From assembly GCA_963733035.1 (NCBI GenBank), contig CAVTBU010000009.1:128001-192000 (forward strand): a stretch of DNA of 64,000 nt, read 5' to 3'. The notes under the pieces were generated by a model. The model was given only the letters and a program-made list of their open reading frames with translations, was not told the origin of the DNA and ran no database searches. Of this stretch, positions 50,978-60,835 are shown one piece after another. The translations under genes and the position numbers were made by a program. How positions within the stretch are numbered: the first letter of the stretch is position 1; the number at the start of each line of letters is the position of its first letter. The stretch comes from Pirellulales bacterium. GTDB taxonomy: Bacteria > Planctomycetota > Planctomycetia > Pirellulales > PALSA-1355.

Positions 50978-52729
50978 ATGTCCACTTCCGCTGAATCCTC
51001 CGCTACGCCGAGTTGCGACGTCGTCATTCGCGGCGGCCAGGTATTTGACGGTGCCGGTTCGCCCGCGACGACGGCCGACGTTGCCATTTCGAGCGGCAAG
51101 GTACAAGCCGTCGGTCGTCAGTTGCCACTGCAAGGGCGCCGCGAGATCGACGCCAGGGGCTGCTGGGTGATGCCCGGCATGCTCGACATTCACACGCATT
51201 ACGACGCCGAGATCGAAGCCATGCCGGGGCTTGAGGAATCGGTGCGTCATGGCGTGACCACGGTCGTCATGGGCAACTGCTCCTTGTCGGCGGCGCTGGG
51301 GACGAAGAAAGATCTGCTCGACCTGTTCTGTCGCGTCGAAAGCCTGCCGCGCGACGTGCTCTCGAAATGGCTGGGCGAGGGGGAGCACCTGCCGTGGAAC
51401 GGTGTGCGCGAGTACTACCAGCATCTCGAAACGTTGCCGATGGGCCCCAACGTGGCCAGCCTGATCGGCCATTCGAACGTCCGCTCGCACGTGATGGGCA
51501 TGGAGCGGAGCCTGACGGTCAGCAAGGCCGAGCCCGACGAAGTACGCAAGATGCAGGAGATCGTTGACGACGCGCTGGCCGAAGGCTATCTGGGACTGTC
51601 GATCGACATGCTGCCGTGGCACCGGCTCGACGGTGACCCGTTTCGGGGCATCTCGGTCCCTTCGCAGCACGCCCATCCCAGCGAATATCGCAGCCTGGGC
51701 AATATCGTTCGCAAGCGCGATCGCGTGCTGCAGGCCACGCCCAACGCGCTGACAAAGCGCACCGTTGCGATTCTGGGCATGATGAGCACCGGAGTCGGCC
51801 GCAAGCCGCTGCGAACCACGATCGTGGCGGCGATGGACGTGAAAACCAACCGCCGGATTTATCGCATTGCCACTTCGATGGGACGGGTGCTCAACGGACT
51901 GTTCAACGCGAATGTCCGCTGGCAGACGTTGGCTGAGCCGTTTTTGAACTACTGCGACGGCGTGCACACGCCGCTGTTCGAGGAGTTTGCAACCGGCGTC
52001 AAGGCCATCAGCGCCACCAGCGACGAACGCAGGCAGATGTTTGCCGATCCGGCGTTCCGCCGCGAGTTTCGCCAGGAGTGGGAATCGACGTCAGCCCGCA
52101 TATTTCACCGCGACCTGGCGGACATGTGGGTTGTGTCGTCGCCGATTGCCGGGCAGGCGCGCAAATCGTTCGCCGAGCTGGCTGCGGCCGAGGGACGCGA
52201 TCCGCTCGACTACTTCATGGACCTGCTCGCCGAGCACGATTCGGCCATCCGCTGGAAGACCGTCGTCACTAACGACCGCGATGCCGAGCGGCAGTTTCTG
52301 TTTGCCCACGACACGGCGCTGCCCGGCTTTAACGACTCGGGCGCCCACGCCCGCAACATGGCCTTCCAGGACGGCGGGTTGCAGATGCTCTCGCAGGTGG
52401 TAAACAATCCCTCTTTGATGCCGATCGAAAAGGCCGTGCACAAACTGACCGGCATGACGGCCGAGTGGATGGGCCTGGACACTGGCACGGTGAAACCCGG
52501 CGAGACGGCCGACGTGATCGTCGTCGACCCTGAAAAGCTGCGGAGAGGCCTCGGCGAACCGATCGAACACTACGACGATCGCTTACACGGCGCAATGCGG
52601 ATGGTGAAACGCTCGGACGGCGTGGTGCGGCAAGTGTTCGTCGGCGGACGCCTGGCCTTCGAGAACGCCGAGTTCGTGCCGGAGTTTGGCCGCGAGAAGT
52701 TTGGCCGCCTGCTGCGGTCGAAGCATTAG
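50978..52729 (+). CDS. N-acyl-D-amino-acid/N-acyl-D-glutamate amidohydrolase family protein
   Basis: GGQVFDG, PGMLDIHTHYD, ESVRHGVTTVVMGNCS, FNDSGAH, ADVIVVDP. Confidence 0.85.
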   Translation: MSTSAESSATPSCDVVIRGGQVFDGAGSPATTADVAISSGKVQAVGRQLPLQGRREIDARGCWVMPGMLDIHTHYDAEIEAMPGLEESVRHGVTTVVMGNCSLSAALGTKKDLLDLFCRVESLPRDVLSKWLGEGEHLPWNGVREYYQHLETLPMGPNVASLIGHSNVRSHVMGMERSLTVSKAEPDEVRKMQEIVDDALAEGYLGLSIDMLPWHRLDGDPFRGISVPSQHAHPSEYRSLGNIVRKRDRVLQATPNALTKRTVAILGMMSTGVGRKPLRTTIVAAMDVKTNRRIYRIATSMGRVLNGLFNANVRWQTLAEPFLNYCDGVHTPLFEEFATGVKAISATSDERRQMFADPAFRREFRQEWESTSARIFHRDLADMWVVSSPIAGQARKSFAELAAAEGRDPLDYFMDLLAEHDSAIRWKTVVTNDRDAERQFLFAHDTALPGFNDSGAHARNMAFQDGGLQMLSQVVNNPSLMPIEKAVHKLTGMTAEWMGLDTGTVKPGETADVIVVDPEKLRRGLGEPIEHYDDRLHGAMRMVKRSDGVVRQVFVGGRLAFENAEFVPEFGREKFGRLLRSKH

Positions 52730-52809
52730 ACCAACGAGTCTATTTACGTCGGCTATTTCGTCATCGCATCCACGCAGTGACGCAGCCCGTTGAATTCTTA
52801 AACAGGCCG

Positions 52810-54214
52810 CTATGCCAACAGTTCGGCGATCGGCCGCCCCTCGGCAAGAATACGGCGCGGACGGCCGGCATGATCGTGGAATTCGCGTGTCGTGTCGATG
52901 CCCAAAAAATCGTACATGGTCGCCAGTACGTCCCCCGGCGTGCACGGGCTGCTTACCGGATACGCTGCTTGCGAGTCGGTGGCACCAATGACCTGGCCCA
53001 CGCGCAGGTTGCCGCCGGAAAACAACACCGAGAACGCGCCCGGCCAATGGTCGCGGCCGGCTTGCGGATTGATCTTCGGTGTACGCCCGAACTCGCCATA
53101 AATGAGAACCATCACCTGCCGGTCGAGACCGCGACGGTACAAGTCTGTGACGAGCCCGGCGACCGCGCGATCAAACGGCGGGAGCGACGTTTTCTTGAGC
53201 GTGGCGAAATTGTCGGTATGCGTGTCCCATTCGCCGCCGGAAAGCACCGTGACGAACGTCACGCCGGCCTCAACCAATCGCCGCGCAAGCAGGCAGCGCT
53301 GGCCGGCCGACGTGCGGCCGTAAAGATCACGGGTGGCTTCGTCCTCGCGCGATGTCGAATGCCGTTTGGGCCTTCGATCCGGTAATGATTTCGAGTGCTT
53401 GCCGGCCAAACTGATCGGTGCCGGCCAGATCGCCTTGGCAATCGAGATCGGCGCGCAGGCGATCAAAGCCGTGCAACAGGGCCTCGCGGTCGTGCAGCCG
53501 CGCGGCGTCGAGCCCCAGCGGCAAATTGAGATTCCGTACGGAGAAGTTTTTATCGACCGGGTCACTTTCTGTCGTGAACGGATTGTACGCCACACCCAGG
53601 TAGGCGGGTCCGCCCAAAAGCTGGCGGCGCGGAACGCTGACGTAGGCCGGCAGTCCGGTACCATTTGACCCGCGGGCCCGGGCGACGAGCGCCCCGCACG
53701 AAGGATTGATGTTGGCGGTCGTGCTCGGCGGAGGTTCGTAGCCGGTCATCATCCAATGCGACGCCGGCAGATGACTCGCGTTTCCATGCGTCACTGAGCG
53801 AACCAGCGCAACGCGGTCCATCACTCCGGCCAGGTTGGGCAGGTGCTCGCCAAGTTGCACGCCGGGCAAACGGCTGGAAATCGGGCGGAACTCCCCCCGA
53901 ATCTCGGCCGGTGCCTGCGGCTTGAGATCGTACATATCGATGTGACTCGGCCCGCCCCCCATGAAGACCTGAATTACGGACGTGTGGCGGCGCGAACTGG
54001 CATTGGGAGCGGCCTCGGCGGCCCTGGCCCGATGGCGAAGCAAATCGCCGAGCGTCAGTCCTCCCAGTGCCAGCGAACCAATCCGTAGCACCGCCCGCCG
54101 CGAGACGCGCGTGTGTGTCGAACGACCGATGTCGCGGAGCGGTTGCACGTAAAGAACCTCGATGTCGCTACTGCGCAAGACGGATCGGAACCCGTCGTTG
54201 ACAGCCGCTTGCAC
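52810..54214 (-). CDS. DUF1501 family protein; apparent frameshift near 53347 (start uncertain)
   Basis: SRRAVLRIG and GGPSHIDMYDLKP in frame 1. ARRLVEAG, WDTH, GEFGRTP and GRDHWP in frame 2. Confidence 0.85.
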
Positions 54215-54413
54215 GGTGCATTGTAGCGCAGACTGCGCAGGGCGAACAGCCCGCCGGCCATTGCGTAAAGGTTCTCCCGACCGTCACTTGTGGCGGACTA
54301 ACCGCGCGAAAAGCAGCATTCCAGGACCACCGCGGAATTGACGGAATGGGGATCGCGCGGATAACATCAAGGTGCATTGATGCGAGTTTTCATCGGTCCT
54401 CGAGGGCTAGGGA

Positions 54414-55743
54414 ATGCTTTCGATACTTGGTCGCAGTCAGCAATTCTGTGATCGCCTCTCGCGCCGCGGGTTCCTCAAGATTGGAGCGCTTGGCCTGGGA
54501 GCCGGTGCTCTCAATCTGGCCGACCTGATGCGGGCCGAGGCCCACACCGGCAGCAGCCACAAGGCGGTGATCCACATCTTCCTGGGAGGCGGACCGCCGC
54601 ATCAGGACATGTGGGAGATCAAGACCGAGGCCCCCTCGGAAATCCGCGGCGAGTTTCGCCCGATTTCGACCAATGTGCCCGGCATTCAGATTGGCGAAGT
54701 CTTCACGCGCATTGCGGGCATCATGGATCGCTGCGCGGTGATTCGTTCGGTGGTGGGCTGCGTCGACCGCCACGAACCGTATCAATGCAACACCGGCTGG
54801 ACCCGAGACAGCCTGGCCACGCTCGGCGGACGGCCGTGCCTTGGGTCGGTGGTTTCGCGTCTGCGGGGCCCGGTCGATCGGTCCGTGCCGCCATTCGTGG
54901 GCCTGGCGAATATGGGTGTATGGAGGGACCCCGGAACGCCCGGTTACCTGGGACCGGCATTCGCGCCGTTTCAGCCCGACGGGCCGGGCATGGCCAACAT
55001 GCGGCTCAACGACATTACGCTCGAGCGGCTCGAAGATCGTAAGTCGCTGCGGGCCAGCTTCGACCATTTTCGGCGGATCGTCGACGCCCAGGGACGCGCC
55101 GAGGCGTTCGATTCGTTTACCGAGCGGGCGTTCGACGTGCTAACCTCCAGCCAGCTGCTCGACGCGCTTGACCTGAGCAAGGAAGACCCCAAGGTTCGCG
55201 AGCGGTACGGCACCGGCAAGCCGTTCAACTACACTTACGACGGCGCGAATACCGACAACGAGCACCTGTTGATCGCGCGGCGGCTGATCGAAGCCGGCGT
55301 GCGCTGCGTCACCACGACGTACGGCCGCTGGGACAGCCACGGGGCCAACTTCGACCTGGTGCGCGATCACGGCTCGAAACTCGATCAGGGATTTAGCGCC
55401 CTGGTCGAAGACCTGGAAGCGCGCGGGATGCTCGACGACGTGACGGTGATCGCCTGGGGCGAGTTTGGCCGCACGCCACGAATCAATCCCCAGGCCGGCC
55501 GCGACCATTGGCCGCAAGTAAGCTGCGCCGATACTGGCCGGCGGCGGCATGCGGACCGGCCAAGCCATTGGTTCGACCGACCGCCTCGGCGGCACGGCGC
55601 AAAGCCGCCCGGTGCACGTGCAAGAGGTTGTCTCCACGCTGTACCACAACCTTGGCTTCAACACGGCGTCGACCACGATCCAGGATCCGACCGGCCGACC
55701 GCAGTACCTGGTGGAGCATCCGCCGATCGCGGAGTTGGTGTAG
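54414..55743 (+). CDS. DUF1501 family protein; apparent frameshift near 55528
   Basis: [34 protein letters not shown]. The C-terminus [16 protein letters not shown]...GRPQYLV...IAELV is in a shifted frame. Confidence 0.88.
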
Positions 55744-55779
55744 CGATTGATTCGTTTGGTGCGGCCGGGATAACGCTGT

Positions 55780-56775
55780 TCACTGATCGGCGTCCTCATC
55801 GGCGTCTGGCTTCGCCTGTGCTTCGCGAGCCTTTCTTGCTGCCACTTCCTCGGCCATTTTTCGGCGGTATTCACCATTGAGCGTGGACCAGGACTGCCAG
55901 CGGTCGAGGTCCTCGCGTGCTTCGGCAAGAGATTCTCCGTGCTGCTCAAGCCACTGAACAAGTAGTCTGTAGTCGGTTTTCTGTTGTTCCGACCACGTTG
56001 CATTATCGGTTCGTTGTGTTTGTGTAACGAGAATGTGCGCAAGCTTTGTGTTGCTTTGTGGCTGGTAAATCGCGGGATCCGCTCCGGCCTTCAACAACAC
56101 GAGCGCGAGTCCAAATTGTCGCCACGTTGTTATTGCGTTGATGGCGGCTAAATTGCCCTTGAGCCCTTTGATATCGGCACCCTTGCCGATCAGATTTTGT
56201 ATTCGTCCAACCTTGTCGGATGCCGGCGACGAGACCACTTCCACAAGAGGTGTATTACCGCGCTGAAGGACGCAATTGTCGACTAGGTTTAGGTCACCAC
56301 CATGATCGAAGACGGCTTTAAAGTAGCCCGGAAAACGCGTACGCACGGCAAGATGTGTTACGGAAGTGCCTGGCATAATTGCGGCGCGGGTGCCGAAATC
56401 ACTTTCCACGAAAATGTTGGGATTCGCTCCAAGTTCCAGCAACCGCTTAAACCTTGCAAGTTTATTGTCTGGAAAGGCCCAGAGAAGGGGCGTCATATTT
56501 CCCTTACCCTGAGCGTTTGCGTCGGCACCGGCAGCTACCAGGCGATCAATTTCGGCGATGTCGTTTGCCTCGATGGCGCGACAGAGTGCGACCACTTGCG
56601 GATCGCCAAAGTAATCTTCGGCCTTCCAGTTGAACTTTTCGTGCCAGGTAGACTTAGGCAGCACCTTCGTCACCTGCTGGCAGCCAACCAGCGCGAGCAG
56701 GATAGGAACAAGGAGTACGCCGATGATCGGCACGGCCACGCGGTAGCAAGACCTATCAGAACGCGGCATGTCCAT
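55780..56775 (-). CDS. Ankyrin-repeat lipoprotein
   Basis: Lipobox LVGC. LVAAGADANAQGKGNMTPLLWA, LLELGANPN, GNTPL, LLKAGADP. Confidence 0.8.
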   Translation of the reverse strand: MDMPRSDRSCYRVAVPIIGVLLVPILLALVGCQQVTKVLPKSTWHEKFNWKAEDYFGDPQVVALCRAIEANDIAEIDRLVAAGADANAQGKGNMTPLLWAFPDNKLARFKRLLELGANPNIFVESDFGTRAAIMPGTSVTHLAVRTRFPGYFKAVFDHGGDLNLVDNCVLQRGNTPLVEVVSSPASDKVGRIQNLIGKGADIKGLKGNLAAINAITTWRQFGLALVLLKAGADPAIYQPQSNTKLAHILVTQTQRTDNATWSEQQKTDYRLLVQWLEQHGESLAEAREDLDRWQSWSTLNGEYRRKMAEEVAARKAREAQAKPDADEDADQ

Positions 56776-56924
56776 AACTTGGGTTTCACGGAAAGTTCCC
56801 GCCTGTTGGGCCAAATCGTCAGCAACTCGACACGGCTGAGGTTTTCGCCATACGGCTCTTTGCAAAGGCACTGCTCGACATACCCGAAGTGGCACCCGCG
56901 CAACCGAGCCCCAACTGCATTCAC

Positions 56925-58355
56925 TTACAGCCGATAGTACACGTCCATGACTTGCCGCAGCATGTCGTGGACGAAGCTGCGGTCGGGGATGGCGGCGGCC
57001 AGGCCGTAGATGGGAGCCATGCCGCCTTCAATGTTGGGTGTTTCGCGGACGTATTTTTCGCTTCCGCGGAGGTGCTCGACGAACCGCTCGGCAACGCCCG
57101 GCTGGGCCCAGCGAAGCGTGGGACTGACGTGAATGGCGGCCGGGTTCAACAGGCCGGTGAGCGACCAGCCGCGGCTCGACATCTGATCCATCACCTGGTA
57201 GATGTCGACGTCGTCGGATGCAACGGCAAACGGGCCGAGCGGCTGGCCGAGAATCTTGAGCCCCGGGATCGTGGCGACTCCCTGGTGCATGGTGGCCACG
57301 GCGTCGAGGATGCTCTGAGTGGTTTTTTTGTAACCCGACTCGCCCATCGAGACCAGCGCCGCCCAGCAGGCCGCGCTCAATCCGCCGGGGCGGCTGCCGG
57401 AAAAGGTGGGCGAGTAGTACAGACCGCCCGGCCAATCAGCCAACGTAAAGTACTGGAAGCGGCGTAGCTCCTGGCCGCGATAAAGGACGACCGACGTGCC
57501 CTTGGGGGCATAGCCGTACTTGTGCGTGTCGCACGACATGGAGGTAACGCCTGGCACGCGGAAGTCGAACGGCGGCACCTTGCGCCCCAGCTTTTCGACA
57601 AAGGGGAGAAAGTATCCGCCGAGGCAACCGTCGACATGCAAGCCGAGCTTGTGCTGCTGGGCCAGCGCGCCGATCTGGTCGATGGGGTCGATCGTGCCGT
57701 AGGGAAAATTGACGGCCGATGCGATCAGGGCAATCGTGTTGGGCGTAATCGCGTCTGCCATCGCCTGCACGACCGCGCGGAAGTCGCCGTCGAGCGGCGT
57801 GACCTTGATTTTGAGCCCGAAGTATTGTGCGGCTTTGTGGAAAGCCGCGTGGGCGGAGATGGGCGCGACGATTTCCGGCTCGGTGATGCCGCGCTTGTCG
57901 CGGTAGTAGTCGCGATAGGTCTTCATTGCCAGCAGGATGCTCTCCGATCCGCCGGAGGTGACCGAACCGCAGATCCCTTCCTCGCTACCGAAGGGGGCCT
58001 CGACCTGTCCGGCACCAAGCATGTGGGCCGTCATGGCGACAATCTCGGCCTCGAACTTCGCGGCGCTGGGCCACAAGTCGGTGTGCAACTGGTTGCATTG
58101 CGACTGCAGGTTATACACCTGGTTGACGAACGCGATGTGCTCGTCGTCGCCGTTGTAGACCGAGCCCGAGGCGAAGCCTCCCTTCCAGCGATCGCGCTCG
58201 ATTCGTGCGAGCTCTTCCATTTCGCGCAGGATGTCACCGCGCGGCACGCCGTCGGTGGGAAGGTGGTCATGGATTTCAAATTGCTCCCGGTAAGGATGCA
58301 TCATGGCATCGAGCGGACCGAGGATTCCCTGTTCGGATTCGGCTTCAGCAGACAC
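56925..58355 (-). CDS. Sphingosine-1-phosphate lyase-like PLP enzyme (group II decarboxylase fold)
   Basis: SGSVYNG, LHTDLWP...FEAEIVAM, VTSGGSESILLAMKTYRD, SAHAAFHKAA, HVDGCLGG, DFRVPGVTSMSCDTHKYG, GSRPGG. Confidence 0.85.
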   Translation of the reverse strand: MSAEAESEQGILGPLDAMMHPYREQFEIHDHLPTDGVPRGDILREMEELARIERDRWKGGFASGSVYNGDDEHIAFVNQVYNLQSQCNQLHTDLWPSAAKFEAEIVAMTAHMLGAGQVEAPFGSEEGICGSVTSGGSESILLAMKTYRDYYRDKRGITEPEIVAPISAHAAFHKAAQYFGLKIKVTPLDGDFRAVVQAMADAITPNTIALIASAVNFPYGTIDPIDQIGALAQQHKLGLHVDGCLGGYFLPFVEKLGRKVPPFDFRVPGVTSMSCDTHKYGYAPKGTSVVLYRGQELRRFQYFTLADWPGGLYYSPTFSGSRPGGLSAACWAALVSMGESGYKKTTQSILDAVATMHQGVATIPGLKILGQPLGPFAVASDDVDIYQVMDQMSSRGWSLTGLLNPAAIHVSPTLRWAQPGVAERFVEHLRGSEKYVRETPNIEGGMAPIYGLAAAIPDRSFVHDMLRQVMDVYYRL

Positions 58356-58376
58356 TTGAATTTCTCCTGTGGAACG

Positions 58377-59978
58377 TCAACTCGATGTGGCCGGATGACG
58401 GGGAGCATTCAGCCGGCGGAAGATTCCCCTGTTCGCTTTATAACTGCTGAGGAACTCGGCGAACAGTTGTTCGTAGACTTGCCGGTGGGCCGGATCGGGC
58501 TCAAACGTATGCTGCACACGCGCCAGCGACGGCAGATCAAACACGGACATTTGTCCCAGTGCGACCCAGGCCACCATTGCCGCCCCGCGCGAAATCGCCA
58601 TTTCGGGGTCTGCCATGCGGCGGATCGGGCGGTCGAGCACGTCGGCCATGATCTGGCACCAGGTGTCGCTACGGGCGCCGCCTCCGATGAAGTGCAGGCT
58701 TTCGAACTTTCGGCCCACGAACGGTTCGACGGCCTCGCGCAGCCAGCGCAAATTCATGGCCACGCCCTCCATCACGGCGCGGGCGGCATGCGCGCGGCCG
58801 GTGCGCAACGATTGATTCAGAAACCCGCCGCGGATCGCGCTTTCGCCGCTCGGCGGTCCGGCACCGTTGAGCCAGGGGAGAAATAACAACCCCTCGCTGC
58901 CGGCGGGAACATCGGCAACCAGGCGTTCGAGTCGCTCATAGACGTCGGCCGGCGCGCCTTCGTCACTGAGCGCGTTGCGCGGACAGAGCCACTGTTCGAC
59001 GAATACTTGCAGGCACTTGCCGGCGGCGCCCTGCTCGGCCATGACCATGTTGCGGCCGTGCATTGCCGAGGGCATCGTGGCGAGATAGGTGAGCAAGTTG
59101 GTTTTTTTGAACGGCACGTGGCAACTCAGCCAGGCTGTGGTGCCCAGGCAGACGTGCCCCTCGAAATCGTGGACCGCGCCCGAGCCGATCGCCGCGGCCT
59201 GGCTATCGGGTGTGCCGGCGACGACTTGCGTCTCGGGCGAGAGCCCCCACTCGGCCGCCGCCTCCGGCCGGATCGTCCCGAGGATGGTGCCGACCGGCAC
59301 CAGGTCAGGAAGTTTGTCGCGGTGCAGGTCGCACCAGGCGATCAGTCCGTCGTTGTAGGTGACGTGCGTGTTGTCGCGATTGTCGGTGAGGAGATAGGGG
59401 TAGACGGTCGCATAGGTGGCCGCCGCGCGGCCGGTGAGCCGAAAGTTGATGTAATCCATCGGCTCGAGCAGCTTGTAGGTAGCGCGATAGATTTCGGGGC
59501 GCTCGTGCCGGAGGAACAGAATGTGGGCCAGCGCGTCGGCGCCTGAGTGCGTGGGGACGCCGCCGGTTAGCTTCACCCAGCGAGTCATGCGGCGGAGTCC
59601 GTAGCCGCTAACCTTTATCAGTCCTCCCGTGATGCGCTTGGTGTGGGGTGCCCCGCGGCTGTCGCTCCAGTGAATGGCGTTCATCAGATGCCGGCCCTCG
59701 CGGTCGACCGGCACGGTAACCGACCACTGCGAGGCGCAGCTCAGCGCGATGATTTGCTGTTTCGACACGCCCGAGGTTTCAACCAGCTGGCGGACGCAGC
59801 CGCCGATGACGCGCCACCACTCGTCCGGGTCTTGTTCGCCGCCGCCATCGGGCGTGGTAAACGTGGCGGTGCGCCCCGATGCGCGGGCCGCGAGTTCGCC
59901 GCATTGTGAGACCAGCGAGACCTTAGGGCCGCTGCTTCCCAGATCAATCGCCAGGACGTATTTTCCTTCGCTCGACAT
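58377..59978 (-). CDS. FGGY-family carbohydrate kinase (xylulokinase-like)
   Basis: LAIDLGSSGPK, EQDPDEWW, WSDSR, DYINFRLTG, LGT, FLPWLNG, RAVMEGV, IGGGARSD.W.QI.ADV. Confidence 0.9.
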   Translation of the reverse strand: MSSEGKYVLAIDLGSSGPKVSLVSQCGELAARASGRTATFTTPDGGGEQDPDEWWRVIGGCVRQLVETSGVSKQQIIALSCASQWSVTVPVDREGRHLMNAIHWSDSRGAPHTKRITGGLIKVSGYGLRRMTRWVKLTGGVPTHSGADALAHILFLRHERPEIYRATYKLLEPMDYINFRLTGRAAATYATVYPYLLTDNRDNTHVTYNDGLIAWCDLHRDKLPDLVPVGTILGTIRPEAAAEWGLSPETQVVAGTPDSQAAAIGSGAVHDFEGHVCLGTTAWLSCHVPFKKTNLLTYLATMPSAMHGRNMVMAEQGAAGKCLQVFVEQWLCPRNALSDEGAPADVYERLERLVADVPAGSEGLLFLPWLNGAGPPSGESAIRGGFLNQSLRTGRAHAARAVMEGVAMNLRWLREAVEPFVGRKFESLHFIGGGARSDTWCQIMADVLDRPIRRMADPEMAISRGAAMVAWVALGQMSVFDLPSLARVQHTFEPDPAHRQVYEQLFAEFLSSYKANRGIFRRLNAPRHPATSS

Positions 59979-60029
59979 GCAGGCTGTTTATCCTCGCACC
60001 GTGGGCGGCATGCAAGAGCAAAGAAACCG

Positions 60030-60821
60030 TTAGGCACCCGTATCGGGCTGGTGATCCTGGGCGACGAGCGTTTGCGGCGGTCCGACGTCGAGATCGTTGC
60101 TGGCGCCCTGCCGGGCTCCGTAGCGCATCTCGACACGCTGCGGGCCGATTTCGAGCCAGGTGATACTTTGCGTGCGGGCCTCCGGCCGGGTCATCCAGAC
60201 GCTGGCGAACTGGCGATCGGGCCACACATGGCGATGAAAGTCATCCTGCGCGCTAGGCCAATCCTGGCCGGGAGCGAACAGCTCTTCGAAGAGCTTGCGA
60301 CGCGGGTTGGCCACGACGTCGTCACCCAGACCGGAGGAGGTGAAGAATACTGGCTGGGCAACAGGCTCGGGCTTGCTGACGCTGAACTGACCGGCCGACC
60401 AGACGACTTCGGCGTAGGTAATGTCGTCGACCAGAATGAGGCGGAACGGCTCGAACTGGGCGACCTCGAGCTTATCGGCCAGCACGAGCGCGGCAGCCAT
60501 GTTGCCGGCGGCCAGCATGCGCGGAACGATCGTGCCGCGGCTGACCGGTTGCCGGTCGTCGGGAAGGATGATGTCGCGCGGTTCGGACTGGGCCACGTAG
60601 ACGTTCATCAAGATGCCGGCCAGCGGCGCGTCGCTCACGGCAATCCAGGTGCCGTCGGAAACAGGATCGACCGGCATCAGGATTTGCCGTTCGCCGGCGC
60701 GGCGCATCTCGGGCGGGCGTGCCGGAGGACGCAGCACCGATTCGTCGCGACTGCAGACGATGCGCACGCCAACGGATTGCGGACCGCCGGGCTGCCAGGG
60801 AACGATCGAAAGCGTGCACAT
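60030..60821 (-). CDS. NRDE/TANGO2 family protein (Ntn-hydrolase-like)
   Basis: N-terminal MCT, SRDE...RP, D..SDGTWI, SRG, PF.LI, TSSG. Confidence 0.75.
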   Translation of the reverse strand: MCTLSIVPWQPGGPQSVGVRIVCSRDESVLRPPARPPEMRRAGERQILMPVDPVSDGTWIAVSDAPLAGILMNVYVAQSEPRDIILPDDRQPVSRGTIVPRMLAAGNMAAALVLADKLEVAQFEPFRLILVDDITYAEVVWSAGQFSVSKPEPVAQPVFFTSSGLGDDVVANPRRKLFEELFAPGQDWPSAQDDFHRHVWPDRQFASVWMTRPEARTQSITWLEIGPQRVEMRYGARQGASNDLDVGPPQTLVAQDHQPDTGA

Positions 60822-60835
60822 CGCGTCAGGGGCGC

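Noticed and set aside
50618..51967. Long antisense ORFs (also 3019-4326, 10393-11538, 36685-38001, 57522-58886, 60719-62590)
   Set aside because: Shadow ORFs opposite well-supported genes, expected from high-GC codon bias; no recognisable motifs.
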